A stretch of DNA of 21,315 nt from IMG/VR virus record IMGVR_UViG_3300010347_002943. The stretch is one strand, 5' to 3'. Positions 6,558 through 14,859 of the stretch are shown piece after piece. The stretch's first letter is position 1. Each line of letters begins with the position of its first letter. The translations under genes and the position numbers were made by a program. The notes under the pieces were generated by a model. That model ran no database searches. It was not told where the DNA came from and worked only from the letters and a program-made list of their open reading frames with translations. The DNA comes from a virus.

Positions 6558-6983
6558 ATGACTAACGCAACATCGGGAATGAATGGTTCTCTGTGGGTAT
6601 GTGACACAGAAAGCGGAACGTATGTGAAGCTGGCAGAGCTGATAGACTGCAAGCTCAAGATATCTGGTGCCGAGATCGACACAAGCAACGTCGATGACTC
6701 CGGGTGGGGATCAAGCATCGCAGGAGCGCGAAGCTGGGAGGTTTCGGCATCCAATAACTTCATAGTGTCTGATCCTGCATATGCCCTCATGATCGCTGCT
6801 CAGATCGCCAATTCAGATATCTGGTGCAAGATCTTGACAAGCGGCACCCCTACATCTAGCCCTGTCGGCTGGAAGGGAAAGGGTGGTATGAGCAACACAG
6901 ACATTGATGTGGCCGGGACCAAGACTCAGCAGAAAGTGTCCTGGACGATCAAGAGCAGGGGCGCTCTGGTCGCCGTAACTTGA
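6558..6983 (+). CDS. Major tail tube protein (TP901-1/Phage_tail_2-like), 141 aa
   Basis: L.ISGAEIDTSNVDDSGWGSSIAGARSWEVSA is the hallmark of this tube family. SD GAGGT precedes ATG6558; the track TTG6522 lies in the AT-rich spacer. Confidence 0.85.
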   Translation: MTNATSGMNGSLWVCDTESGTYVKLAELIDCKLKISGAEIDTSNVDDSGWGSSIAGARSWEVSASNNFIVSDPAYALMIAAQIANSDIWCKILTSGTPTSSPVGWKGKGGMSNTDIDVAGTKTQQKVSWTIKSRGALVAVT

Positions 6984-6992
6984 GGCTGACAG

Positions 6993-7919
6993 ATGACCTC
7001 AGCCGTGAGCGGCCTATCCGCCGCTCTTTTCAGGGATGAGCCGGAGGAGTATGTCGTCACAGCCGCCCTCGGCTCAAATCGTGATATTTGTTTTGCTTCA
7101 AAAAATGGAACAGACGCGAGCGTTGAGATCATAGTCTCCGGCAACAATACGTCACTCTCAATAGCGGTTTCTGGAACGAAAGTCACCATCAACAGCGCCA
7201 CCGATGGCAGTGGAACAGCAACCAGCACCGCTAGCCAGATCGTGGAGGCGTTCAATCTAGATGCTGATGCCTTTGCACTCTTCACCGCACGCCTACCTCC
7301 AGGCAGCACGGGCGCCGGCGTGACGGGCGCGATGTCCGAGGTTCACGCTGCCGATGGCGTGGCGTTCACGGCGTTGACCTTGGTCGACTCCGGGGATCAC
7401 AAGACATATCAGGCCGCGGACGGATCGAGATATTGGGATCCTGATGCAGCTCTGAGCATCTTGGTAGATGCTACACCTGTCACCTCTGGTTTCACGGTGA
7501 ATAGGATCCAGGGAAAAGTTACTTTCTCAGAATCGCAAGGATCCAGCGTGATCGCGGCGACCGGAACAAGGCGGTCTCTGTTGGCCTTCCAGAAGGTCTT
7601 CGGAATGTTCGACGGAAAGCTGAAGATCTCCGGAAAAGAGATCGACACCTCATCAGTAGATGATGACGGCTGGGGCTCCTCTCTGATTGGTTCTCGGAGC
7701 TGGGAGCTGACCGCCGGAACTTTCTTCTATGATGGTGGTATTCCTATCACCGCCATATCCCAGAAATACTTGTGGAAGTTCTACAGCGTCTTAGCGACCG
7801 TACCGCTGTGCATCGGTTGGGGCACTATAACCAGTATCGACAACATGACCGCGAACCCCAACGAGGCCCAAAAGCAAACCATAACCGTGAAGGGCGCGGG
7901 CGAACTGTTTATGGAATAA
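6993..7919 (+). CDS. Second tail-tube paralog with a ~180-aa insertion, 308 aa
   Basis: N-terminus MTSAVSG aligns with MTNATSG. KLKISGKEIDTSSVDDDGWGSSLIGSRSWEL aligns with KLKISGAEIDTSNVDDSGWGSSIAGARSWEV of the upstream gene. Insert spans about 7041-7580. Confidence 0.8.
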   Translation: MTSAVSGLSAALFRDEPEEYVVTAALGSNRDICFASKNGTDASVEIIVSGNNTSLSIAVSGTKVTINSATDGSGTATSTASQIVEAFNLDADAFALFTARLPPGSTGAGVTGAMSEVHAADGVAFTALTLVDSGDHKTYQAADGSRYWDPDAALSILVDATPVTSGFTVNRIQGKVTFSESQGSSVIAATGTRRSLLAFQKVFGMFDGKLKISGKEIDTSSVDDDGWGSSLIGSRSWELTAGTFFYDGGIPITAISQKYLWKFYSVLATVPLCIGWGTITSIDNMTANPNEAQKQTITVKGAGELFME

Positions 7920-7934
7920 TGGGGAAAAGAAACT

Positions 7935-8438
7935 ATGAACTATGAAATAATTCTGAATGATAAGCCCCTGAACTGGACTTTCGGGGCTATGAAGAAGTTT
8001 GAGCGGGACTGCAAGGCCATATTGAAGCGGATGGACATCAGGCCCGCGGCAGACCATACTGGCTATTTGCTATCGATGTACTCCAAGATAGCAGAAGTGA
8101 TGGAGGCTGCAGTGTCCGCTGCAACCGGGTTGTCCTCGGCTGAAGGCAAGAATGGTGAGCCCTCGGAAGCCAGCCAGGCTATAGATGCCTACCTACAGGC
8201 AGGCGGAACTCTCTCAGATCTTCAGCTAGGAATGTTCGAAGCTTTCCTGGAGAAAAATGACCCTTCTTCTATTCCTCCCTGGTTGGAGGAGATCAGCCGA
8301 AACGAGGAAGCGGTGAAGATCAAGCAGATGAAGGAGGAGGCAAAGCTAGAAGTAGCCAGGCTGGAGCTGGAAGCAGATCAGCAGAAGATCAAGGAACTGA
8401 AGCTTTCTGGCAAACAGTCCATCGCATCGGGTACATAG
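7935..8438 (+). CDS. Tail assembly chaperone (G-like), 167 aa
   Basis: Position between tube and tape measure genes; N-terminal L..TFGAMKKFE motif; C-terminal coiled coil. Confidence 0.7.
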   Translation: MNYEIILNDKPLNWTFGAMKKFERDCKAILKRMDIRPAADHTGYLLSMYSKIAEVMEAAVSAATGLSSAEGKNGEPSEASQAIDAYLQAGGTLSDLQLGMFEAFLEKNDPSSIPPWLEEISRNEEAVKIKQMKEEAKLEVARLELEADQQKIKELKLSGKQSIASGT

Positions 8439-8695
8439 ATCTGGGGCTCCTTCCAGATCAATTATATAGTCTTTCTGCTAATGAGCTTCGGGCGCTCATG
8501 GAGCGCCGTATGCAAGAGAAAGCCTGGGAACGTGAGACCGCTGCGTTCACGGGTTTTTGCGCTGGCGCTGCATTCGCTTTGGCCTGGAATGGGAAGCTAG
8601 GTACCTTTTCAGAGTTCTATTCTACTGAGAAGCCGGAGCCTAAGAAAGAAACCACGTCGCAGGAATATATAGACAGATACAACTCCTGGAGCTGA
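8402..8695 (+). CDS. Second tail assembly chaperone segment (GT-like), in the -1 frame relative to the upstream gene
   Basis: The chaperone-like motif GYIDLGLLPDQLYSLSANELRAL lies upstream of the first ATG (8498) and overlaps the end of the G gene. The start coordinate is approximate. Confidence 0.6.
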   Translation, partial: AFWQTVHRIGYIDLGLLPDQLYSLSANELRALMERRMQEKAWERETAAFTGFCAGAAFALAWNGKLGTFSEFYSTEKPEPKKETTSQEYIDRYNSWS

Positions 8696-8700
8696 TTTTC

Positions 8701-11700
8701 ATTACAGAAGTCGGAAGAATTACTGCGATTATTGACGGCGACATATCCCGCCTCACCTCGGCCCTGAACACTGCCCGGTCACAGGCTACCAACGCCGTCG
8801 CCGGAATCGAGACCGGCATGAAAGACGGCCTAAAGAACGGCCTGGCGGGCATCAACTGGAACGGCTTAGGGATGGACGCCGCGGGAGATTACCTCCGGGG
8901 TATCACCGCCGGCATGGGCCCGATCGGGACCGCTCTTGATGGAGTGGCTACCGCTCTCGGCCCAACCGGCTTAGTTGCCGTTGCTGCCGTCGCGGGCGGG
9001 GCAATCATAGCGAAAGCTGCTTATGATGCCGCTGCTGCATGGGAAGCCGGGATGGCTCAGATCAGCAAGACCACCGGCATTGAAAAGGGTTCGTCCGGCT
9101 TCAACGATCTTTCCGAGGATCTGAAAGATCTGTATGCGACGATGCCGACAACGATGTCGGAAATCCAGAACGTCGCCAAATCCGCCGGCTCCCTGGGAAT
9201 CGAGGAGAGCAGCATAGCAGGCTATACACGCGTCGCCCTTGAGATGGGGTCAGCTTTCGATATTCCTGCAGAAGAAGCGGCGGTAGCTGTCGGAAAGGTG
9301 CAATCCCAGCTCAAAAAGCTTCCCGAAGGAGTGGAAGATTCGGCACAATTCGCCCGGAATTTCGGCTCTGCCGTGGACTTTGCTGGAAACAGCATGAATG
9401 CCACCGAGCAGGAAGTTCTCGATTTCAGCACCCGGGCGGCGGGCGCTCTCTCACTTCTGGGTGGCTCCGCATACGAGTTGGCCGGGTGGGGCGGCGCGAC
9501 TGCCTCAGTGTTCTCCTCTTCCCAATTGGCAGCAGGCTCGTTCAATGCTGCTCTGACTCAGCTTACGGGGACCACCAAAGGCAGCCAGGAGGCGCAAGAA
9601 AAAGCTGCAGAACTCCTAGGCGTAACTTCCGAAGAGTTCATGAAACTGATATCAACAGATCCGACAGATACCATTCTGCGGTTGGGCAACGCGCTGGAAG
9701 AGCTAGATCCTGCAGAAGCTACCAAGGCAGCAGGCATCCTGGGAGGCGGATACGGTGACGACTTTTTCAAGAAGATGATCGGCCACACCGACGAGTGGCG
9801 CGGCAAAATTGAAGAAGTCGTGGCAGCAGGCGAGAAAGGCGAATCGATAGGTAAGTCTTTTGAGGCCGGGTCAAAAGGCGCAAAAGCCGCCATGCAGGAG
9901 CTTAAGAATAGCATCAGCGCCATCCTGATTGACATAGGCGGGCCGATTCGAGACGCGTTCACTCCTCTCCTGGGCGGCCTGGCAGAAGGGCTCAATAAGA
10001 TCCGAGAAATAGGCGAGAACCTCTGGGGACCGCTCACGACCGTCTTATCCCCCCTCACTACTGGAGCGGGCATACTGGCGGAGCACATCGGTACAATGGC
10101 AGGGATGAGCTTGGATGCTCTCGTATTGGCCTCCCAGGCCATAAGCAAGGCATTTGAGCTGGGCGGCAAGTACGCCGAAGCGGTCAAGGCAGAGATCCTT
10201 GAGATCATCGAGAATAGCGGGCCATTCAAGACCGTATCTGGCTACGTCGATGACATCAGTGACGCCTTCCAGCGGCTTTATGACAAAGTTGCCGATGTGG
10301 TCAGCAAGATAGCAGATGGCCTATCCAATGCGATACCAACCGCGCTCAAAGGCACCGGGGATGCCCTGGGAACTCTGGCAGAAAAGGCGGGCCTGGGTGG
10401 GGTGGCGGATGCTGCCGGAGGAGTGTTTGACTTTTTCGGAGACGTGAATGCCAGGGTTTGGGGCAAAGAGACCGGGAAAGAATATGAGGATGGTTTCAAA
10501 GAAGAAGTCGAAGACGGAGAGCTAACCGACGCGGTTATCAAAAAGCTTACTGGAGACGAAGCAAAAGACGCTCTGATGAAGGCAGGGAAGAATGCCGCTG
10601 ATATCTATGGAAGTGAGTTCGCGGCTCAGATGGCACTATCGAATCTGACCGGTGAAGAGCTTCTGGCCATGATCAACAGCCAGAGCACGCCCAACAAAAA
10701 GAAGATGATCCGCGAGTTCGAATATATGGATCATCAGTACAAGATGCTGATCACCAAAGGCGGGTCAGGCTACTACACGTCCCTCTATTCAGGTGATAAG
10801 CTCCTCGGAACGAAAGACTTCTTAGGAGATTACGCAAAGTTAGACCCCGTAGCCGCATTTCAGGAGATCACCGGAGCACCTGCCCCTGAAGAAGGTACCG
10901 CAGCTTATTACGGCTTGATGGGCGACCTCCTCCGGCAGCACCAGGCAGAGTTAGCTGAGATTAACGCACAGGAACCCATTAGCCTGTGGGATGATCCAGA
11001 CAATCAAAGATCCTGGATTAAGTACATGGATGAAAACAAGGATCTGGCAGAGCGAGCTGGCGATGAGATAGTATATGAGCTATATAACGCCCAGGCCAAA
11101 GCCATAGAGGCCAACGATGCCACGCTGCAAGAGAGCTTTTCCATAGTAATGAAGGGGTTGGCTTCTCCAGGTTCGGTATCTTCGGATCTGTTCAATATGG
11201 CACTGGCTGACATCATCGATGCTGGGTTTGTATCCGAAGGTCACAGGGCGGCCATGCAGGAGATCGCCATAGAGGACGCTGAGGAGTACAGAAAGAACCT
11301 GGTGGGCGGGATGAAAATAGAATTACCCTCCCTGGCTGACATAATCGAAGATCCGAGCAAAATAAAGGGTAGCTTCGAAAATATGCTCAAGTTTCAGGAA
11401 GGCTATCTTATCCCTAGAATCTCGGAAAATATGGAGGATGTGAATAGCCTTCTCAGCGAGGGAGTAAGTGAAGATGCCCTTTACGAAGCATACATAAAAC
11501 CGCTGTATGCCATCTATGAGTATCTGCCCTCCACCCTCCAGGACCTGCTTGGTGATCTGGAATCTGGAGTCATCGACCTGGCCAAATTCGGCGAATTGTA
11601 TTATACCGATGTTGCCGGCAAAATTGATGAGAAAGCAGCCGCGGCGCTGGAAGATATCAAATCAGCGAACGCGAGGTTCTACGGGGAATTTCTATCCGAC

Positions 11701-12099
11701 AATGCCAGCTGGCAAAATTACGTAAACGAATATGGGGGCTACATCGGCCCAACTAAGCTTTACGGTGGATATAGAGACGCAGTTGATGCTGAGATAGCAG
11801 CCAGCCAGGCGATCAATTCTAAGTACAATATAGCAACGGTGGGCTCAATTGGCATTGTTGCAGAGCTTGACACTTCCGAGGCTCAAACCGCAACGGATGA
11901 GCTGGTTGATAAGATCCAGACAACTCAGCCAACCATGAAATTGAATTTGGATACTAATGCCGCATATACCGCATGGGGCCACTTGGTTCAGGACATGGAG
12001 AACCTGACCATCCGGCTCCCCGTGGAACTCGACATAAAAGTTTATACTCCAGAAATCCGGGCGCTGGTCGAAGACGAGATCAGGGCGGCGTTGGCATGA
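8701..12099 (+). CDS. Tape measure protein (TP901-type core), ~1132 aa
   Basis: Core region WEAGMAQISKTTG...EIQNVAKSAGSLGI...ALEMGSAFDIPAEEAA; long and Ala/Gly-rich helical. The frame is open upstream of ATG8818 with a typical TMP N-terminus (TEVGRITAIIDGDISRL); probable start ATT8701. Confidence 0.9.
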   Translation: MTEVGRITAIIDGDISRLTSALNTARSQATNAVAGIETGMKDGLKNGLAGINWNGLGMDAAGDYLRGITAGMGPIGTALDGVATALGPTGLVAVAAVAGGAIIAKAAYDAAAAWEAGMAQISKTTGIEKGSSGFNDLSEDLKDLYATMPTTMSEIQNVAKSAGSLGIEESSIAGYTRVALEMGSAFDIPAEEAAVAVGKVQSQLKKLPEGVEDSAQFARNFGSAVDFAGNSMNATEQEVLDFSTRAAGALSLLGGSAYELAGWGGATASVFSSSQLAAGSFNAALTQLTGTTKGSQEAQEKAAELLGVTSEEFMKLISTDPTDTILRLGNALEELDPAEATKAAGILGGGYGDDFFKKMIGHTDEWRGKIEEVVAAGEKGESIGKSFEAGSKGAKAAMQELKNSISAILIDIGGPIRDAFTPLLGGLAEGLNKIREIGENLWGPLTTVLSPLTTGAGILAEHIGTMAGMSLDALVLASQAISKAFELGGKYAEAVKAEILEIIENSGPFKTVSGYVDDISDAFQRLYDKVADVVSKIADGLSNAIPTALKGTGDALGTLAEKAGLGGVADAAGGVFDFFGDVNARVWGKETGKEYEDGFKEEVEDGELTDAVIKKLTGDEAKDALMKAGKNAADIYGSEFAAQMALSNLTGEELLAMINSQSTPNKKKMIREFEYMDHQYKMLITKGGSGYYTSLYSGDKLLGTKDFLGDYAKLDPVAAFQEITGAPAPEEGTAAYYGLMGDLLRQHQAELAEINAQEPISLWDDPDNQRSWIKYMDENKDLAERAGDEIVYELYNAQAKAIEANDATLQESFSIVMKGLASPGSVSSDLFNMALADIIDAGFVSEGHRAAMQEIAIEDAEEYRKNLVGGMKIELPSLADIIEDPSKIKGSFENMLKFQEGYLIPRISENMEDVNSLLSEGVSEDALYEAYIKPLYAIYEYLPSTLQDLLGDLESGVIDLAKFGELYYTDVAGKIDEKAAAALEDIKSANARFYGEFLSDNASWQNYVNEYGGYIGPTKLYGGYRDAVDAEIAASQAINSKYNIATVGSIGIVAELDTSEAQTATDELVDKIQTTQPTMKLNLDTNAAYTAWGHLVQDMENLTIRLPVELDIKVYTPEIRALVEDEIRAALA

Positions 12100-12554
12100 T
12101 CCACGACTGGGATACCCACTACTGGCTGGCAGAGTTGCCGGACGGTGAATGGATCTCTGCCGAAGAGCACAGCAGCGCAGAGCCAATCTTCCAGACCGCG
12201 AAAAGAATCCAGATAGTCCCCATCTCTACTTCCTCTTCCCAGGCCATTCTGGATGCAGAGGTTCCCGAAGGCTACACGGCCTTTTTGCGAACTGATAGGA
12301 TAGAGATAGTGATGAGGGGGCCGGATGCAGAGCAGGCCCCTAAGCTGATCTACGTAATGGCAATGGAAAGAGGCCATTGGCTGGAGCCTGGCCGGATAGC
12401 ACTCTCAACTGTCCCTCTTTTAGATGGTTTTAGGGCCGAGCTGAGGATCTTCAGGGACGGCCACGGCGAGGTGGATTTTATATCATCTGACAATTTTATT
12501 AGTGAGGTAACGAATATGGATGAATACGATTTATATAGATTTATAAAGGTGTGA
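12096..12554 (+). CDS. Hypothetical protein, 152 aa
   Basis: ATGA overlap with the TMP stop (track start 11973 lies inside the TMP). No recognised family. Confidence 0.7.
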   Translation: MIHDWDTHYWLAELPDGEWISAEEHSSAEPIFQTAKRIQIVPISTSSSQAILDAEVPEGYTAFLRTDRIEIVMRGPDAEQAPKLIYVMAMERGHWLEPGRIALSTVPLLDGFRAELRIFRDGHGEVDFISSDNFISEVTNMDEYDLYRFIKV

Positions 12555-12556
12555 AA

Positions 12557-13165
12557 ATGTCAGTTCATATCAGGCGATACTATGGTTCCGGGCCGTCCGA
12601 GGTCGATATCTCTGGCGGGGAGAATCCAATAGGATTGAAACTGAAAACATATGACGGGAACTCAAATGAGACCTATCTGTTCAATGCCACGCATCCAGTG
12701 CCAAAACCTACGATTGGCAATAAACACAGCTTTACGGCCACAATAGCTTTGTACAGCGACGTTCTGGGCTCCGAGATCTACAGCGACCCCAAGATTTACT
12801 CAGGCGGCGTCCCCGCGGTCCCGAGCCCTAACCCCAAAGGATATGTGGCCTGGACGGGGGCCCAGATCTTCGTGGCTGACGACACCAACGACACCTACAC
12901 ACAAGCCACCGGGGTCCAGGACGATTCAGGAACAGAGATGGTAGCACAGGGTCTGACAGCTTCGAAGACTGACCTCCTGGCGACCTACGACAGCAGCAAC
13001 ATGAAGAGCGTGGGCCTGGCCGGTGGGGTTGCTTCGATAGGTCCGCTGGGGTCGGCTCAAAGGATTTCAAAGTACGTCAGGCTCCAGGGCACTCTCGGTA
13101 CGAGCTGCTCTCCTGGCTCGACCGTACCTGCAACCATCTACATGAGATACAGCGTTACGAGCTGA
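12557..13165 (+). CDS. Beta-rich putative virion protein, 202 aa
   Basis: SD AGGTG before ATG12557. PVPKP...HSF, YTQATG...SG, S.YVRLQ and PG..PAT..MRY motifs resemble a family seen in tail clusters; no name assigned. Confidence 0.65.
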   Translation: MSVHIRRYYGSGPSEVDISGGENPIGLKLKTYDGNSNETYLFNATHPVPKPTIGNKHSFTATIALYSDVLGSEIYSDPKIYSGGVPAVPSPNPKGYVAWTGAQIFVADDTNDTYTQATGVQDDSGTEMVAQGLTASKTDLLATYDSSNMKSVGLAGGVASIGPLGSAQRISKYVRLQGTLGTSCSPGSTVPATIYMRYSVTS

Positions 13166-13170
13166 GGCAC

Positions 13171-14859
13171 ATGATTATTGGCAAAAGTCGGATCGGTATT
13201 GGCCGGGTTGGTATGGTCACGGCCAGCTTCGAGGAGCCCTCGATTCTGGCTAATATTACCATCCTGGGCACGGAGAGCCCTTACGTCTACGCCAACATGA
13301 GCATAGTAGACGTCTACCCTCTCTCTGTCCTGGCTAATATGGACATTGACGCTTACAATCATCGGGAAGTCCTGTCCAATATGTCCATCCTTGGAAGGAT
13401 ACCGGTCCCGATTTCTGCCAACATGAACATCTCTGATAGGGTGGCTAAGGGCGTCCTGTCCAATATGTCTATCCTTGCGGTTCAGTACCGGCAGGTGGCT
13501 GCAGCCATATCCATTCTCGGGCTGGTCACCAGATCGGTCAGGGCCAATATGTCCATCCTGGAGAGCATAGATCGATCTGCTCAGGCCAACATGAGCATAG
13601 CTGACCTCATAGAACAGTGTGCCAGCGTGGCCATGAGCATATCCGGTTCTTTTGATATCGAGGCCCTGGCTAACTTCACAATCTCAGACCTGCGGGCCAG
13701 CACCACCACAGTCAGCATGGACATAGTAGATAACCACTATTGGGCCATAGGTCCGGAGGGCGGAGTCCTGGACCTGTCCGGCAAAGTGGCCGATCCTAAA
13801 CCGGACGGATTCGGGATCGAAGCATCCAAGACCGGGATGCTGGAAGGCCGGAGGGTAAACCTCCGGGATAAGGGTATAAAAGGTGGAGAATATACTTTCT
13901 ACGTATATTTAGACAATGACAGCGACCGACAAGCATTCCAGAAGGTCGTGAACAATGACGCTAAGGATTATGTGCTTCATATAGGCAGATCTGATAGATT
14001 TTATTATATTAAGAAGATGGCAACCAATCCCGAGAAGATTAAGGTTGCCCGAGGGCCTGTGCAACGGGTAACATGCTGGATGGAAGATCCTTGCATGTAT
14101 CACTATTGGGATCAGGGGGGTGACCTGGGAATATGTGCATTGCCTCATGATAGCACCTATAAATTCAACTATGGCACGGCACCAACACCAATCCTTTTTA
14201 AGATCGGTGGGTTCTATTCCGGTGGGCAGCTCACATCACCCTATGTGAGCGTCTGGGATGGGTCAGAGGAGAGCAGGCTCTATATCGGGCCCGGGCTGCT
14301 GTCCAACGAGTGGGCAGAGCTCACTCTCGACGGCTGGCACAAGAAGTACCTGAAGCATACCTATTCAGACGATTATAGCACTAATAACAGCTGGCAGTAT
14401 GATGCTGTGCAGAGCGGATGCTCCCTGTCAGGAGGGCAGGTCTCCGTGCCTTCGGGCGGATGGTTCTACTATAAATTCCAAGGGCATCCCCTGAAGGAGA
14501 ACATCAGGCTCCTGGCCACGATTACAAAGGCGGGATCTCCTATGATCCAGTACTCAACCGACGGCACCACCTGGACCACGTCCATCGCTGCAAGCGAAAT
14601 CGTGAGTGGCCAACATACAGAGTACTATCTGACAGGCACAGAGAAGATTAGTTCCGTCTACGTTCGGTTCTACAGCCCGGTTGGATCGAGCATGACAGTG
14701 CAGGACGTCTCTTTTTCGATGGACCGGGACATCTCAGCTCAGTATGACCAGCTCCCGACCTGCCCGGCCCAGGAATCCCGGAAGCTCAGGTTCGAGGGCT
14801 CTGGATCGGCCAAAGCGAGGTTGCAGACCACATTCCGCTCCAGGTGGTACGCGCAGTGA
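13171..14859 (+). CDS. Distal tail (Dit)-like protein with N-terminal 14-aa repeats and a probable carbohydrate-binding insertion, 562 aa
   Basis: Directly precedes the Tal-like gene. Dit-like features: V...TCWMEDPCMY, N.GTAPTP..F.I, and C-terminal LP......KL.F......F..RW. Confidence 0.65.
   Translation: MIIGKSRIGIGRVGMVTASFEEPSILANITILGTESPYVYANMSIVDVYPLSVLANMDIDAYNHREVLSNMSILGRIPVPISANMNISDRVAKGVLSNMSILAVQYRQVAAAISILGLVTRSVRANMSILESIDRSAQANMSIADLIEQCASVAMSISGSFDIEALANFTISDLRASTTTVSMDIVDNHYWAIGPEGGVLDLSGKVADPKPDGFGIEASKTGMLEGRRVNLRDKGIKGGEYTFYVYLDNDSDRQAFQKVVNNDAKDYVLHIGRSDRFYYIKKMATNPEKIKVARGPVQRVTCWMEDPCMYHYWDQGGDLGICALPHDSTYKFNYGTAPTPILFKIGGFYSGGQLTSPYVSVWDGSEESRLYIGPGLLSNEWAELTLDGWHKKYLKHTYSDDYSTNNSWQYDAVQSGCSLSGGQVSVPSGGWFYYKFQGHPLKENIRLLATITKAGSPMIQYSTDGTTWTTSIAASEIVSGQHTEYYLTGTEKISSVYVRFYSPVGSSMTVQDVSFSMDRDISAQYDQLPTCPAQESRKLRFEGSGSAKARLQTTFRSRWYAQ
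13240..13743 (+). repeat. Twelve tandem 14-aa (42-nt) repeats, consensus S-V-x-A-N-M-S-I-L
   Basis: SILANITILGTESP / YVYANMSIVDVYPL / SVLANMDIDAYNHR / EVLSNMSILGRIPV / ... / TTTVSMDIVDNHYW; exact 14-aa spacing with no indels, DNA diverged. Confidence 0.9.

Noticed and set aside
6550-6561. Three-codon ORF MKR overlapping the tube start
   Set aside because: Too short and directly abutting the SD; chance.
6993-7919. 308-aa gene as a contractile tail sheath
   Set aside because: It carries the tube signature and is too short for a sheath; only the insert is sheath-like. No baseplate wedge genes are recognised.
7919-7945. Slippery-like G GGA AAA (7922-7928) and a TAATG-coupled 8-aa ORF
   Set aside because: Lies between the tube stop and the chaperone start, so it cannot be the G/GT site; it more simply serves as the purine-rich SD region.
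9222-11216. Minus-strand and alternative-frame ORFs inside the tape measure gene
   Set aside because: Expected shadows of a long GC-rich ORF.
13240-13743. 42-nt periodicity as a CRISPR-like or DGR repeat
   Set aside because: The DNA copies are diverged and conservation is at the protein level; no spacers and no adenine-specific differences.
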